Positions 49,508-58,867 are shown, counted from the stretch's first letter. The stretch is DNA of 64,000 nucleotides from an uncultured Gammaproteobacteria bacterium (GCA_964627055.1 CAZVGV010000002.1:19802-83801), one strand, 5' to 3'. Translations and numbers: made by a program. Notes: a model not told the origin generated them from the letters alone.

Positions 49508-50731
49508 TTAGCCACTGATTTCGCTTGTTTTCGCTGAAATTGAAGCTTTTTTGGTGTTCTGAAGAACGATTCCTGCGAGTGCTACGTACCGTTTGTTCAG
49601 TGTCTGCGCGAGTGTATCCCAGTCATAACGCAGTGCAATACGCTGGCGGGCATATGCTGCACCCAGTGCCACCCATGCCGGCTCAGTCACTGCACGAATA
49701 ATCCGATCAGCCAGGACGCCCTTTGCGCCAACTGGGTACTGCCACGCAAGATCACCCATGGCTTCACGATGCGGAATAATGTCACTCACAATAACCGGCA
49801 CACCATATGCCATGAGCTCCAATACACTCATCGGCAATCCTTCAGAGTGTGAGGCGTGCACACCCACATATGCGTTGCGCAATAATGCAGCAAGCGTGAG
49901 ACCGCTCTGATACCCTGTAAAGACGATATCCTCGTGACCACGCGCTCGTTCACGTAACGATGCAACGTATTCTTCTGTATAACTCCCATCACCAACAATC
50001 ACGAGTCGCATATCTGCCATACGTGGGTCCAGACTGAGACTCTTCGCAATAATGAATCCATCGATCACATCATGCACTGCTTTGTGCGCGATGAGGCGTG
50101 TTACCACTGCGATATACTTCTTCGGTTCAAGGTTCCACGGTGCAATCAATGCACGCTCCACTGCAGGTACAGAAGGCCATGGCTGCGACGCACCATTGGG
50201 AAGATAGGTTGCAGTCTCGTTGTACGAACGCTTGATATACGTTCGGATCATGTGTGAGCTCGCAAGCACTTCGTGCGCTGCCTTCACAGATACCCACTCA
50301 CCCAAATGCAACATCGTTCGTGCGAACCATCCCCACTTCGTGTGTTCACGATCAATGGACTGGAAGCTCACCATGACCACAGCACTTGGACGGAAAATGC
50401 GCGGCAAGAACGACAAGAGTGACGGACCAACACCATGGAAATGGTATACATCAAATCCCTGCCACAGCGCATGCACGGTCGAGAAGAACGTGTGGGTGAT
50501 CGCATCCAAATGCTTGGTGCGAATTGTCGGCGTGATCTGGATGCGCATCCCCTTGTAGGTACGCTTACGCATGCGGGTATACCATGCACGGCTATACACC
50601 GTTACCTGGTGTCCCATTTCTGCAAGGCGAGAACCCAACTCATCTACCGAACGTTCGATACCGCCAAAAATCGCAGGCACGCCCTTGGCCCCGATCATCG
50701 CAATCTTCAGTTGATTAGCGGTATTTTTCAT
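49508..50731 (-). CDS. GT4 glycosyltransferase
   Basis: KIAMIGAKGVPAIFGGIE, RLIAHK, EGLPMSVLE. Confidence 0.92.
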   Translation of the reverse strand: MKNTANQLKIAMIGAKGVPAIFGGIERSVDELGSRLAEMGHQVTVYSRAWYTRMRKRTYKGMRIQITPTIRTKHLDAITHTFFSTVHALWQGFDVYHFHGVGPSLLSFLPRIFRPSAVVMVSFQSIDREHTKWGWFARTMLHLGEWVSVKAAHEVLASSHMIRTYIKRSYNETATYLPNGASQPWPSVPAVERALIAPWNLEPKKYIAVVTRLIAHKAVHDVIDGFIIAKSLSLDPRMADMRLVIVGDGSYTEEYVASLRERARGHEDIVFTGYQSGLTLAALLRNAYVGVHASHSEGLPMSVLELMAYGVPVIVSDIIPHREAMGDLAWQYPVGAKGVLADRIIRAVTEPAWVALGAAYARQRIALRYDWDTLAQTLNKRYVALAGIVLQNTKKASISAKTSEISG

Positions 50732-50786
50732 ACGAAATTAACCGCGATTTATACCATATTTACATCGCTTTGTCAAGCGACAACCC

Positions 50787-50862
50787 TGTGGAAAAACGCT
50801 AAATTAAAAGAAAAACGCCGCATAAACGGCTAAAATAAGCACAGGAAACAGATTGTGGATAA
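50787..50862. promoter_or_regulatory. Two DnaA-box consensus matches in an AT-rich intergenic region
   Basis: TGTGGAAAA (50787-50795) and TGTGGATAA (50854-50862), both TTWTNCACA on the minus strand. Confidence 0.45.
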
Positions 50863-50871
50863 GTCCGTATT

Positions 50872-52041
50872 TTAGCGATTTTTCATCGCTTGATGATACG
50901 CATGAAGAAGCCGCTCATAATGAACCGCTGGCTCGTGGTAGAGAGCCACCCAGCTGCGAGCCTCCTCTCCAAGTGCCTGCACCTGTCGAGGATGCAACTC
51001 TTGTACGTGGCGTAGCGCCGCTGCCCAGGCTTCTGGCGTCTGCTCTTTTACGAGAAACCCAGTAATACCATGCCGAATTTGTTCTGGAATACCGCCCAGA
51101 CGCGACGCGACAACTACCTTCCCCATTGCCTGTGCCTCGAGCACTGCAAACGGGTAATTCTCTGGCCACTGTGAAGGCACTACAACACTACTGCACCGCC
51201 GCATCTCTTCACGAAGTGCTGTCTTGCTCAAATGACCTGTGAAAATAACTCGATCTTCCAGTTCGTGTTCGCGAACATAGGAACGCAGCGAACCTTCCAA
51301 CGGCCCAGTGCCAGCGATATACAATTGTTGCCCAGGAATCTGCGCCACGGCGTGCACCACCATTGCCACCCCCTTCTCATGCGAGAGCCTACCCGCATAC
51401 AACACCGAGCCGTCACCTCCAGGAGCAAATGGAATAGCAGCCACATCAACAACATACGGAAACAATTCAAACCGATCACGCGGCCACCCTGCTGCCACAC
51501 AGTACTCACGCATGAACTTGCTTGGTGTATGAAAGAGCGCGACACCACGTGCATACGATCGTGCGATCTGATGCACTACACGCTCTACAGCCCCGCCAAC
51601 TTTTTCTGTGAACGTCCGCGGAATCACAAGTGCATAGTTGGCATCTACCAACTTGTAGTCATGAAGCGTCATGAGTACAGGGATCTTGTGGCGACGCAAC
51701 ACGTGCAAAATCGCTGGCGTAAGATGGTGATAGATATTATGGACATGTGCGATATCAAATGGTCCTTCCTGAACCAGGAGCGCTTCGAGTCTGCGCGCTG
51801 CATCTCGATCCCAAATCACACGTGCTGCATCTCGAACATTCCGCATGAAGGTCCTCCCGGTACGCAAATCAAGCTCAGGCACAAAAAAATCTGCATACGG
51901 GGACGGCAAATTCTGCGCATGATGCATGGAAAAAGGAACGACGGTGTGCCCGTACGATTCCATGAGTGCGATCGCATCAAGAAAATACGTGCTCGCACCA
52001 TCTCGGTAATAAAATGTTTTGTGAATCGCAAGAATTTTCAT
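50872..52041 (-). CDS. GT4 glycosyltransferase
   Basis: HVHNIYH, TLHDY, GRLSHEKG, ENYPFAVLE. Confidence 0.92.
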   Translation of the reverse strand: MKILAIHKTFYYRDGASTYFLDAIALMESYGHTVVPFSMHHAQNLPSPYADFFVPELDLRTGRTFMRNVRDAARVIWDRDAARRLEALLVQEGPFDIAHVHNIYHHLTPAILHVLRRHKIPVLMTLHDYKLVDANYALVIPRTFTEKVGGAVERVVHQIARSYARGVALFHTPSKFMREYCVAAGWPRDRFELFPYVVDVAAIPFAPGGDGSVLYAGRLSHEKGVAMVVHAVAQIPGQQLYIAGTGPLEGSLRSYVREHELEDRVIFTGHLSKTALREEMRRCSSVVVPSQWPENYPFAVLEAQAMGKVVVASRLGGIPEQIRHGITGFLVKEQTPEAWAAALRHVQELHPRQVQALGEEARSWVALYHEPAVHYERLLHAYHQAMKNR

Positions 52042-53132
52042 ACGCGTTCGCGCGCGAGCAGACGCAGATAGAGCGTCTCGTATTCTCGCACCATATCCTG
52101 AATGCGGAAGTGAAGCAACGCATATGTACGTGCCGCAGCTGCATGATGACGAAGAAGCACATGATCCTCACACGCAAGATCGATCGCTGCCGCAAACGCT
52201 TGGGTGTTCGTGCTATCCACGAGCATTCCTGTCTCACCATCAATGATCAATTCTGCAATACCCCCTGCCCTACTCGCAATCACCGGCCTTCCTGCTGTCA
52301 TGGCTTCCATAACAACTAACCCCAATCCTTCCCACCGAGATGCCAGTACAAAGACGTCATGAGCCTCAAGCACTTCAGGAACCGCGTCTGTTGTACCATA
52401 GTACTGCACTCGATCAGCGATACCCAGTTCTCCAGCCAGTGATTCAAGTGCAGACAACTCCGATCCCGCACCTACGATTGTAAGTGTCCAAGGATTTCGC
52501 ACTCGCGCACACGCACGTAACAACAAATCAAATCCTTTCTGATGTTCTAACCTGCCAATACTAAGCAACCGCAGTGGCGAACGTAATAACGGAGCTGGCA
52601 ACCGCGAGAATCGATCCACATCAATACGATTGAGTATTACGGAAAGCTTGGACGAAGCCACGCCCTCCACCCGCGTCGCGTACTCCGCAACTGATGCAGA
52701 GACCGCAATAATACGATCAGAGATACGTGACAACAATCGCTTCACCCAATGCTTCCACTGCGGCTCGTCATACCACTGATTGTGTTCAGTAGAAATAATG
52801 AGCGGCACGCCGGCCAGCCATGCTGCAACCTTGCCATACACATCAGCGCCAAAGAGATGCGTATGCACAATCGCCGGCTTCTCTCGACGCAACCACTGCA
52901 TGAGACGCCACACATACGCCGGACTCCATCGTCCATGCGCCGTCATCGGCACCACACGCACGCCGTGCGATTGAATCACGTCCACGAGTGGTCCAAGTGC
53001 TACGGTTGCAACGACGGTCATATCGAACTTCTCCCGGTCGTGATACCGAGCGATCTCTGCAAGCAGTCGTTCCGCGCCGCCGTACTGCAGCGTCGGGATT
53101 AGATGAATGACTTTGATTCTCGGTACTTCCAT
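52038..53132 (-). CDS. GT4 glycosyltransferase
   Basis: YGGAE, HTHL, GRLEHQKG, EGLGLVVME; start at ATG 53132. Confidence 0.92.
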   Translation of the reverse strand: MEVPRIKVIHLIPTLQYGGAERLLAEIARYHDREKFDMTVVATVALGPLVDVIQSHGVRVVPMTAHGRWSPAYVWRLMQWLRREKPAIVHTHLFGADVYGKVAAWLAGVPLIISTEHNQWYDEPQWKHWVKRLLSRISDRIIAVSASVAEYATRVEGVASSKLSVILNRIDVDRFSRLPAPLLRSPLRLLSIGRLEHQKGFDLLLRACARVRNPWTLTIVGAGSELSALESLAGELGIADRVQYYGTTDAVPEVLEAHDVFVLASRWEGLGLVVMEAMTAGRPVIASRAGGIAELIIDGETGMLVDSTNTQAFAAAIDLACEDHVLLRHHAAAARTYALLHFRIQDMVREYETLYLRLLARERV

Positions 53133-54565
53133 ACCACAATATTCGTGCCAATGAGCAAAAGCCCAATTGGCAACCACATCTTGCCAGAGTAATACGACGT
53201 GTTGAACACCTGATACACCACGGCACCAAATGCTGCAACGAAGAGCGCTACGACGAGCGGGTACTCCGCAAGTCCACGCGCACGTCGTACACCATGCCAA
53301 CCGTAGAGCAACAACGTCGTCAGCAATACCACCCACGTCACAAGCCCTATAAGCCCACCTTCTGCAAGAATTTTTTGGAACATTCCATGCGCGTCAAGCG
53401 GGTCACCATACTCAATCACATACACTCGTGTATCTGCCACAATGGACAAGAACGTCCCTGGACCCTGGCCCAACCACGGACTACTCCGGAAGTACTCCCA
53501 CGAAATGCGCGCAAGATCAATACGAGTGTCATTGCTTCCTGCAACCAATGAACTGGTACTAATCGCCGTCATGTAGACAAGTACCGGCAGTAACAATGAC
53601 AATCCCAGTTTCAAAATATGCGAGCGGAATCGCGCGATCGGCAATCGTCGAATCGAATCGCGCATGAGCCACAATGTCAGTGCACATTGCACGAACAACA
53701 CGATCCACGCACTGCGTGCAAAGGTCAACACGGTTGCCACAAGTACCAGTACATTCCCTACAAATAACCAACGACGTACCGCTGGACGAACCTCCTCATG
53801 CAACAAATACGCACCAATGGGCAAGATCACCACAAGCACTTCGGCCAACAAATTATGGTTATACCCAAACGGTGCCCAACCCGCGATAGCAAATGGTGTT
53901 ACACGAGACCAACCACCCTGTGCTGCACCCAAAAGAAGTGACACAAGTCCCATCACAGCACCGCCAACACCCACGGCATACATCCACCGCAACACCCGAT
54001 CCAGTGCCTCGCGTGTACGTACAATTGTGAATGGCAGCCACACCCACACGAGATACATGAAGAGCAGTGGTCGTGCTACATACTTGAGCCCAATCCCCAA
54101 CGCACCTTCACGCGTTGCAAATGCAACGGACAATACTTGCACGAACAAAAACAACCAGAACACTACGCTATGTGGCGCCAACCGCGGTCGCTCTTCACGT
54201 CCAGGGATTCCCCACAATGCGAAGAGACGTACCCCATACGCCACCAGCAGCACCAAAGCAAAAAAATCCGCCGCGGGTGCGTCAATCGTATTCAACACCG
54301 GAATATGTCGAGACCAGTCATATGCACCGAAGTTAATCACCCATCCACTCATCGGCATCACCGCTGCCAACACACACATTCCTGCCACCGGATAGAATGC
54401 AAGACCAGTAATCACTGCCGCTGCAACCAGCACCACCAGCGGTAACGATCCTGGTGTAATCGGTTCAAGCACTGCCACGCCCACAAGTGCAACAAAAAAA
54501 ACGAACATAGTTCGTCGCTCTACGAATGCTTCGGTGACAGAACGAGTAATGCGCAGCGCGTGCAT
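53099..54565 (-). CDS. O-antigen ligase / Wzy-like polymerase membrane protein
   Basis: Multi-TM; TFARSAW, PWLGQGPG, DAHG; start 8 nt after TGGTATACT. Confidence 0.82.
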   Translation of the reverse strand: MHALRITRSVTEAFVERRTMFVFFVALVGVAVLEPITPGSLPLVVLVAAAVITGLAFYPVAGMCVLAAVMPMSGWVINFGAYDWSRHIPVLNTIDAPAADFFALVLLVAYGVRLFALWGIPGREERPRLAPHSVVFWLFLFVQVLSVAFATREGALGIGLKYVARPLLFMYLVWVWLPFTIVRTREALDRVLRWMYAVGVGGAVMGLVSLLLGAAQGGWSRVTPFAIAGWAPFGYNHNLLAEVLVVILPIGAYLLHEEVRPAVRRWLFVGNVLVLVATVLTFARSAWIVLFVQCALTLWLMRDSIRRLPIARFRSHILKLGLSLLLPVLVYMTAISTSSLVAGSNDTRIDLARISWEYFRSSPWLGQGPGTFLSIVADTRVYVIEYGDPLDAHGMFQKILAEGGLIGLVTWVVLLTTLLLYGWHGVRRARGLAEYPLVVALFVAAFGAVVYQVFNTSYYSGKMWLPIGLLLIGTNIVVWKYRESKSFI

Positions 54566-54755
54566 ATGTCGTAAGTATACCACACACTATCACCGCTGAA
54601 TGAGCACCATATAAAAATCGAAAAGCCGGCGAGCGAACCACAGAGTATCTGTAGTCACACTCACCGGCCTGTCGGTCGGTCGCCTCACACCGGAGGCGGG
54701 TTGTGCGCGCTATCGGTTGCGCGCGTGATTATTGATCCGACTTCCGAACTTCCGA

Positions 54756-56303
54756 TCAGTTCGGGATCCAGACACGACCGTTGCAGCCCGTCGCCTTGTT
54801 GGAGACGAGCGTCACTGGGAGCTTCGCCCCATCCACCCAGACCTCCCATGAAACACCCGTGGAGAAGCCGGTGGGGCTGTCACACCAATCCGAGTTCGCC
54901 CCCTCGAACGTGAGGTTGAACAACGGGTTGAAGAACAGCCAGGAGCCCTTGGGGATGAAGAACGTCTCCGTGAGCTGGCTCGGGTTGGGATTCCCGTTCC
55001 ACTTGGCGAACTCCTTCCACTCGGAGTAGTTGGAGCACCCCGTGGCAGACGTGCCATCCGAGGTCAGCGTCCCTCCCTTGCAGAACCACCCCATGAACGA
55101 GGCGTGGTACGTGTTGAAGGTCGGATACCACTTCACCATGACCTCCTTGTAGGGGCTCACCGGCACCGAGTCGTAGCAGATACCAGCCGAACAGGTCTGG
55201 TTCGCTGCACACTTGGCGACGCCGACGCACTGGCCGCCTGCGACGATCACGTCGCTCACGGTGCAGCTGTCGTTGTCGTTGCAGGAGTCGCCCACCTGCG
55301 GCGTGGTCTGGATGTTGGTGTGGACGCACTCGCCGCTCGCATTGCACGAGTCGGCGGTGGTCGACTTGCCGTCATCGCAGTTCTCCTCGTGGACGCAGCC
55401 GCCGGTGGTCTGCGAGCACCAGTCCGTCGTGCAGGACTTGCCGTCGCCGCACGCCTTCTCGGTGTTGACGCAACCCGTCGCCGCATTGCACGAGTCCGTG
55501 GTGCACGGATCCTCGTCGTTGCAGTTCTTGGTGCCGGTGCCCTTGCAGACACCGTCGAGCCACCGGTCAGCAGTCGTGCAGGCGTTGTTGTCATCGCAGC
55601 TCGTACCGTTCTCGGGGACGTCCACGATGCACTGCCCGCCCGCGCCGCACGAGGAGCCGCTCGCACAGTTCTCGACAGCCTTGCAGCCGCCGGTCACCGT
55701 GTTGCACGAGTCGGTGGTGCACTCCTTCCCGTCGTCGCACGTCTTCGTGACGTACGAGCAGCCCGTGGCTGCGTTGCACGAGTCGGTGGTGCAGGCGTTG
55801 CCGTCGTCGCAGTTGCCTGCGGTCGGCTTGTGCTTGCACACACCGTCCTCGATGACGTCGACGGTGCATGCGACGCTATCCTTGCACTCTGGCTGCTCCA
55901 CCACGTGGTGGCAGCCGGACTCCGGGTCGCAGTAGTCGGTGGTGTCTGCGTCGTTGTCGTCGCAGCTCACCTCCTTCCCCACGCATTCCCCGTCGTGCCA
56001 GCAGTCGCTGGCCGTGCACTGGTTGCCGTCGTCGCAAGGGTCACCCTCCTGCGGGCCCGTGGAGCTGTCGGTCTGAACCGTGTCCTCCTTGGGCGGCTGG
56101 TAGGTGTCCTCGGCGCCGTCGCTGCCGTCGTTCGCGTCCGTGGCGTCCGTGGCGTCCGACCCGTCGCTGCCGTTGTCCGGTGGCGGCTGGTAGGTGTCGT
56201 TCGGCGGCGGGTAGTACCCACCGCCGACGTCAGCGGCGTTGGGCTCAGCGCCCACGCAGCCGACCGTCAGGAACAGGAAACAAGTAACCATCGCGGTCTT
56301 CAT
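54756..56303 (-). CDS. Cys-rich repeat lipoprotein (CDDGNxCTxDxC repeats; high-GC SD-led class)
   Basis: Lipobox LTVGC; about 10 C(D/N)DxxxCTxDxC-like units; GAGGAG SD. Confidence 0.8.
   Translation of the reverse strand: MKTAMVTCFLFLTVGCVGAEPNAADVGGGYYPPPNDTYQPPPDNGSDGSDATDATDANDGSDGAEDTYQPPKEDTVQTDSSTGPQEGDPCDDGNQCTASDCWHDGECVGKEVSCDDNDADTTDYCDPESGCHHVVEQPECKDSVACTVDVIEDGVCKHKPTAGNCDDGNACTTDSCNAATGCSYVTKTCDDGKECTTDSCNTVTGGCKAVENCASGSSCGAGGQCIVDVPENGTSCDDNNACTTADRWLDGVCKGTGTKNCNDEDPCTTDSCNAATGCVNTEKACGDGKSCTTDWCSQTTGGCVHEENCDDGKSTTADSCNASGECVHTNIQTTPQVGDSCNDNDSCTVSDVIVAGGQCVGVAKCAANQTCSAGICYDSVPVSPYKEVMVKWYPTFNTYHASFMGWFCKGGTLTSDGTSATGCSNYSEWKEFAKWNGNPNPSQLTETFFIPKGSWLFFNPLFNLTFEGANSDWCDSPTGFSTGVSWEVWVDGAKLPVTLVSNKATGCNGRVWIPN
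55100..56040 (-). repeat. Intragenic tandem Cys-repeat array
   Basis: E.g. GTTGCACGAGTCGGTGGTGCA at 55701 and 55773; protein repeats CTTDSCN. Confidence 0.75.
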
Positions 56304-56516
56304 GTCAGACTCCTCGGGGCAACAGCCCCTCACTCACTGGTAACTCGCATGATACACGCACCTTGCGCGCATCACGTTTGTTCGTTTTTCAATGAAACTT
56401 GGTCAGACTCACATCGCTGTGACGTCTTCCAGACGTCCGGCTCAAGGTGTGTCGCGAAGGAGGGTACGCTTCACACCGAACCGAACGACTGCAAAACATC
56501 ACGAAATGAACAGGAA

Positions 56517-56545
56517 AGAATACCATATTTAGCCCAATTTGTCAA
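56517..56545 (-). promoter_or_regulatory. Promoter TTGACA-N17-TATTCT (extended -10)
   Basis: -35 at 56545-56540, -10 at 56522-56517. Confidence 0.7.
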
Positions 56546-56570
56546 GGGTAAAAAGTGCCTAAAATAACAG

Positions 56571-56603
56571 GAAGCCTCAAATACCGTATGGTACTGAGGC
56601 TTC
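56571..56603 (-). terminator. Hairpin 3' of the OmpA-like gene
   Basis: GAAGCCTCA/TGAGGCTTC stem; CTGTTATTTT follows on the minus strand. Confidence 0.65.
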
Positions 56604-56676
56604 GCAGTTGACGTAGCTTGTTAGGAGACACACCCAGGTGTACGCGGTACCTGGGGCGCTTCGGAGGTAGACCCTC

Positions 56677-57738
56677 CTAGAAGTGGCCGCCGAGGATCAG
56701 CGACCCACCGCCGGCGACGAACGCCTCGCTCTTCGTGGGAACCGCGTTCCCAACGAACCCCTCCGCACGGAGGAAGAATGCGAGGTGGTCGTCCGCCCCG
56801 TCGTCACCGAAGACATGCTCGTAGCCGAGCACTGCGGCGTGGAGCCAGAAGTCGGTGTAGCCGGGGTGGTGCGTCGAGATCCCGAGGTGCTGCCCGCCGA
56901 CGAAGAAGCGCTTGCTGCCTTCCCCGCGCAGGTAGACCCCGTAGCCACCACCGAAGTAGTAGCCGGCCGACGCCTCCGGATCCGACTCAGGAACCGTATC
57001 CGCCGAGCCCACGCCCGTGAGGAACGCCCCGTAGACCCCGAAGGTCTGCGTGATGTTCCACTCGATCGTGATCTCTGCCGAGAGGAAGAAGAGCGACTGC
57101 TCTCCCCCGCCGATCCCGGTGAACCCGAGCCCGACGCCGCCCTCGATCGGAGCGAACTCCAGACCTCGGGAAGCTGGCGTCGGACGACGCTCGAGTGCGG
57201 TGACCCGCCGCTCGACCTGGTCAAGGCGACCACCCGAGCCGTCGATCTTGTTGAGGCGCGTGTCGTGACCGATCACCGCCTCCTTGAGCGCCTCGATGTC
57301 CTGGTACATGCCGCTCTGAATGCAGCGGTCGAAGTCCCAGAACACCGTTACGCTCCGATCGTTGAGCTGCGTGTCGTACATGGACGGCGCGCAGTTGATG
57401 TGGAGGTGTCGCATGCCACGCCGCATCAACTCGTTCTTGACCGCGTTGCACCGGCGGTCGGCGAGGTTGGAGTTCTGCAGCTCATGCTGCGAACGAAACT
57501 CCTGAACATCCGCCGTGCCGACGAGGCGTACGGCGAGGCAGGTCCGCTCCCTGGCTGCTTGCGCGACCTGGTCTAGGACCCCCTTGGCCTCCGCCGTGAG
57601 GGGCGGCGCCGCCTTGCCCGTGGCGAAGGTCTTGACGACCCCCGCCAGCTCGTAACGGGAGGGCATCTCCTCCTGCGCCGAGGCGCTGAGGGCGGCGAAC
57701 ATGAAACAACAGAACACGAACCAGGCTACGGACTTCAT
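56677..57738 (-). CDS. OmpA-like domain + coiled coil + putative outer-membrane beta-barrel (high-GC SD-led class)
   Basis: Signal peptide ASA|Q; F..G...L...VRLVGTAD...NSNLADRRCNAVKNEL..RG...DRSV; alternating Gly/aromatic strands ending in C-terminal Phe; AGGAGG SD. Confidence 0.72.
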   Translation of the reverse strand: MKSVAWFVFCCFMFAALSASAQEEMPSRYELAGVVKTFATGKAAPPLTAEAKGVLDQVAQAARERTCLAVRLVGTADVQEFRSQHELQNSNLADRRCNAVKNELMRRGMRHLHINCAPSMYDTQLNDRSVTVFWDFDRCIQSGMYQDIEALKEAVIGHDTRLNKIDGSGGRLDQVERRVTALERRPTPASRGLEFAPIEGGVGLGFTGIGGGEQSLFFLSAEITIEWNITQTFGVYGAFLTGVGSADTVPESDPEASAGYYFGGGYGVYLRGEGSKRFFVGGQHLGISTHHPGYTDFWLHAAVLGYEHVFGDDGADDHLAFFLRAEGFVGNAVPTKSEAFVAGGGSLILGGHF

Positions 57739-57900
57739 GAGATCCTCCTGACGCGCACCGCGCGTCAATCTAGGTTGTTGTAGAACAGCGCACTCCCGGA
57801 TTCGACCCTTGCGGATCGCGGTACCTGGGGAGCGGATTTGTACCCTGCGTTACTCACACCCATGTAGTATGGGTAACGCATGGAACAAATCGAACGTGTG

Positions 57901-57929
57901 ATACTAGCACCTCCAGCAATTTTTGTCAA
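57901..57929 (-). promoter_or_regulatory. Promoter TTGACA-N17-TAGTAT (extended -10)
   Basis: -35 at 57929-57924, -10 at 57906-57901. Confidence 0.7.
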
Positions 57930-57954
57930 GGGGGCAAACGCACTAAAATAAGAT

Positions 57955-57995
57955 AAAAAACAGAAGAGAGGCCGCGTGTTTGCTGCCTCTCTGCC
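57955..57995 (-). terminator. Terminator 3' of gene 58052-58867
   Basis: AGAGAGGC/GCCTCTCT stem with a T-run on the minus strand. Confidence 0.6.
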
Positions 57996-58051
57996 GTTTG
58001 TTTGCCCACCAGCGTCTCACACGAGGTGTGATCCGCTGGTGGGTTGTGGAG

Positions 58052-58867
58052 CTACCGGCCGCCGTTGTGGCCGGCCGCCCACGCGCCGCACTTCTGCTGG
58101 CACTGGGCCGACGCGGGGTCGACGCACAGCACGGCGCAGTTGGGCGCGGGCTCCTCGGACGCGGCGGCGGTCCGTGTCCCACCCCCGTTGCCAGAGGCGG
58201 GTGCACGGGCGGCGACCGCGCGGCGCTTGCTGCCCTGGGACTTCTTGCCCGGGGTGGCGGAGCGCTCGACCGCGGGCGATGCGGTGGCGACGGCGAGCGT
58301 GTTCTGGAGCCCGGCGAGCGCAAGCTTCACGTAGGACAGCTTGGTCTCGTCGTTGGTGACCAGCTTACGTTGCGCCGCTCGGGTGGCCTCTTGCAGGCGC
58401 ACCATTTCGAGCTGCGTGACGTCGACCTCCTCCGGGTCGAGCAGCGCCGAGTTGCCCGCATCATCCTCGAGAGCGATCGTCGCGCGGTACACCTGGTCGG
58501 CGTCCCACTCGTCGTCGATCGCGTCCTTCAGGTTGAGGCCTTCCTTGGCCTCGACCGGCGGGGTCGCGGCGGAGTCGGCGGCGACCGTGGTCCCCGCCAG
58601 CACCACGTCGACGAGTCGCGGATCGCGCGCGAGCTTGCGCAGCGCGGCCCGGGCCTGGACGAGAAGCGCCTCCTTGGCCTCTTCCTTCACCAACTGCCGG
58701 CGCATCTTCGCGCACTCCTTGGCGGTGGTGCAGGTCGGCTGCGGCTCCGGCGGGGCGGCGTGTGCAGCACGACACGGGTTCCAGAGCATCACGGCGACGA
58801 GCGCCGCGAAGAGCAGGAACATCTCGACCAGGAAACCGCGGCGGACACCATACACTTGGGTCTTCAT
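58052..58867 (-). CDS. Secreted orphan protein with coiled coil and Cys pairs (high-GC SD-led class)
   Basis: AGGAG SD before ATG 58867; hydrophobic signal then AHA|A; C-terminal CAVLC...CQQKC. Confidence 0.65.
   Translation of the reverse strand: MKTQVYGVRRGFLVEMFLLFAALVAVMLWNPCRAAHAAPPEPQPTCTTAKECAKMRRQLVKEEAKEALLVQARAALRKLARDPRLVDVVLAGTTVAADSAATPPVEAKEGLNLKDAIDDEWDADQVYRATIALEDDAGNSALLDPEEVDVTQLEMVRLQEATRAAQRKLVTNDETKLSYVKLALAGLQNTLAVATASPAVERSATPGKKSQGSKRRAVAARAPASGNGGGTRTAAASEEPAPNCAVLCVDPASAQCQQKCGAWAAGHNGGR

Noticed and set aside
50732-50871. Replication origin
   Set aside because: Only two DnaA boxes, no dnaA/dnaN nearby and no change in gene orientation or apparent skew.
55300-56000. 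Repeated 11-21-bp units resembling a CRISPR array
   Set aside because: In-frame coding repeats of CTTDSCN with irregular spacing; no cas genes.
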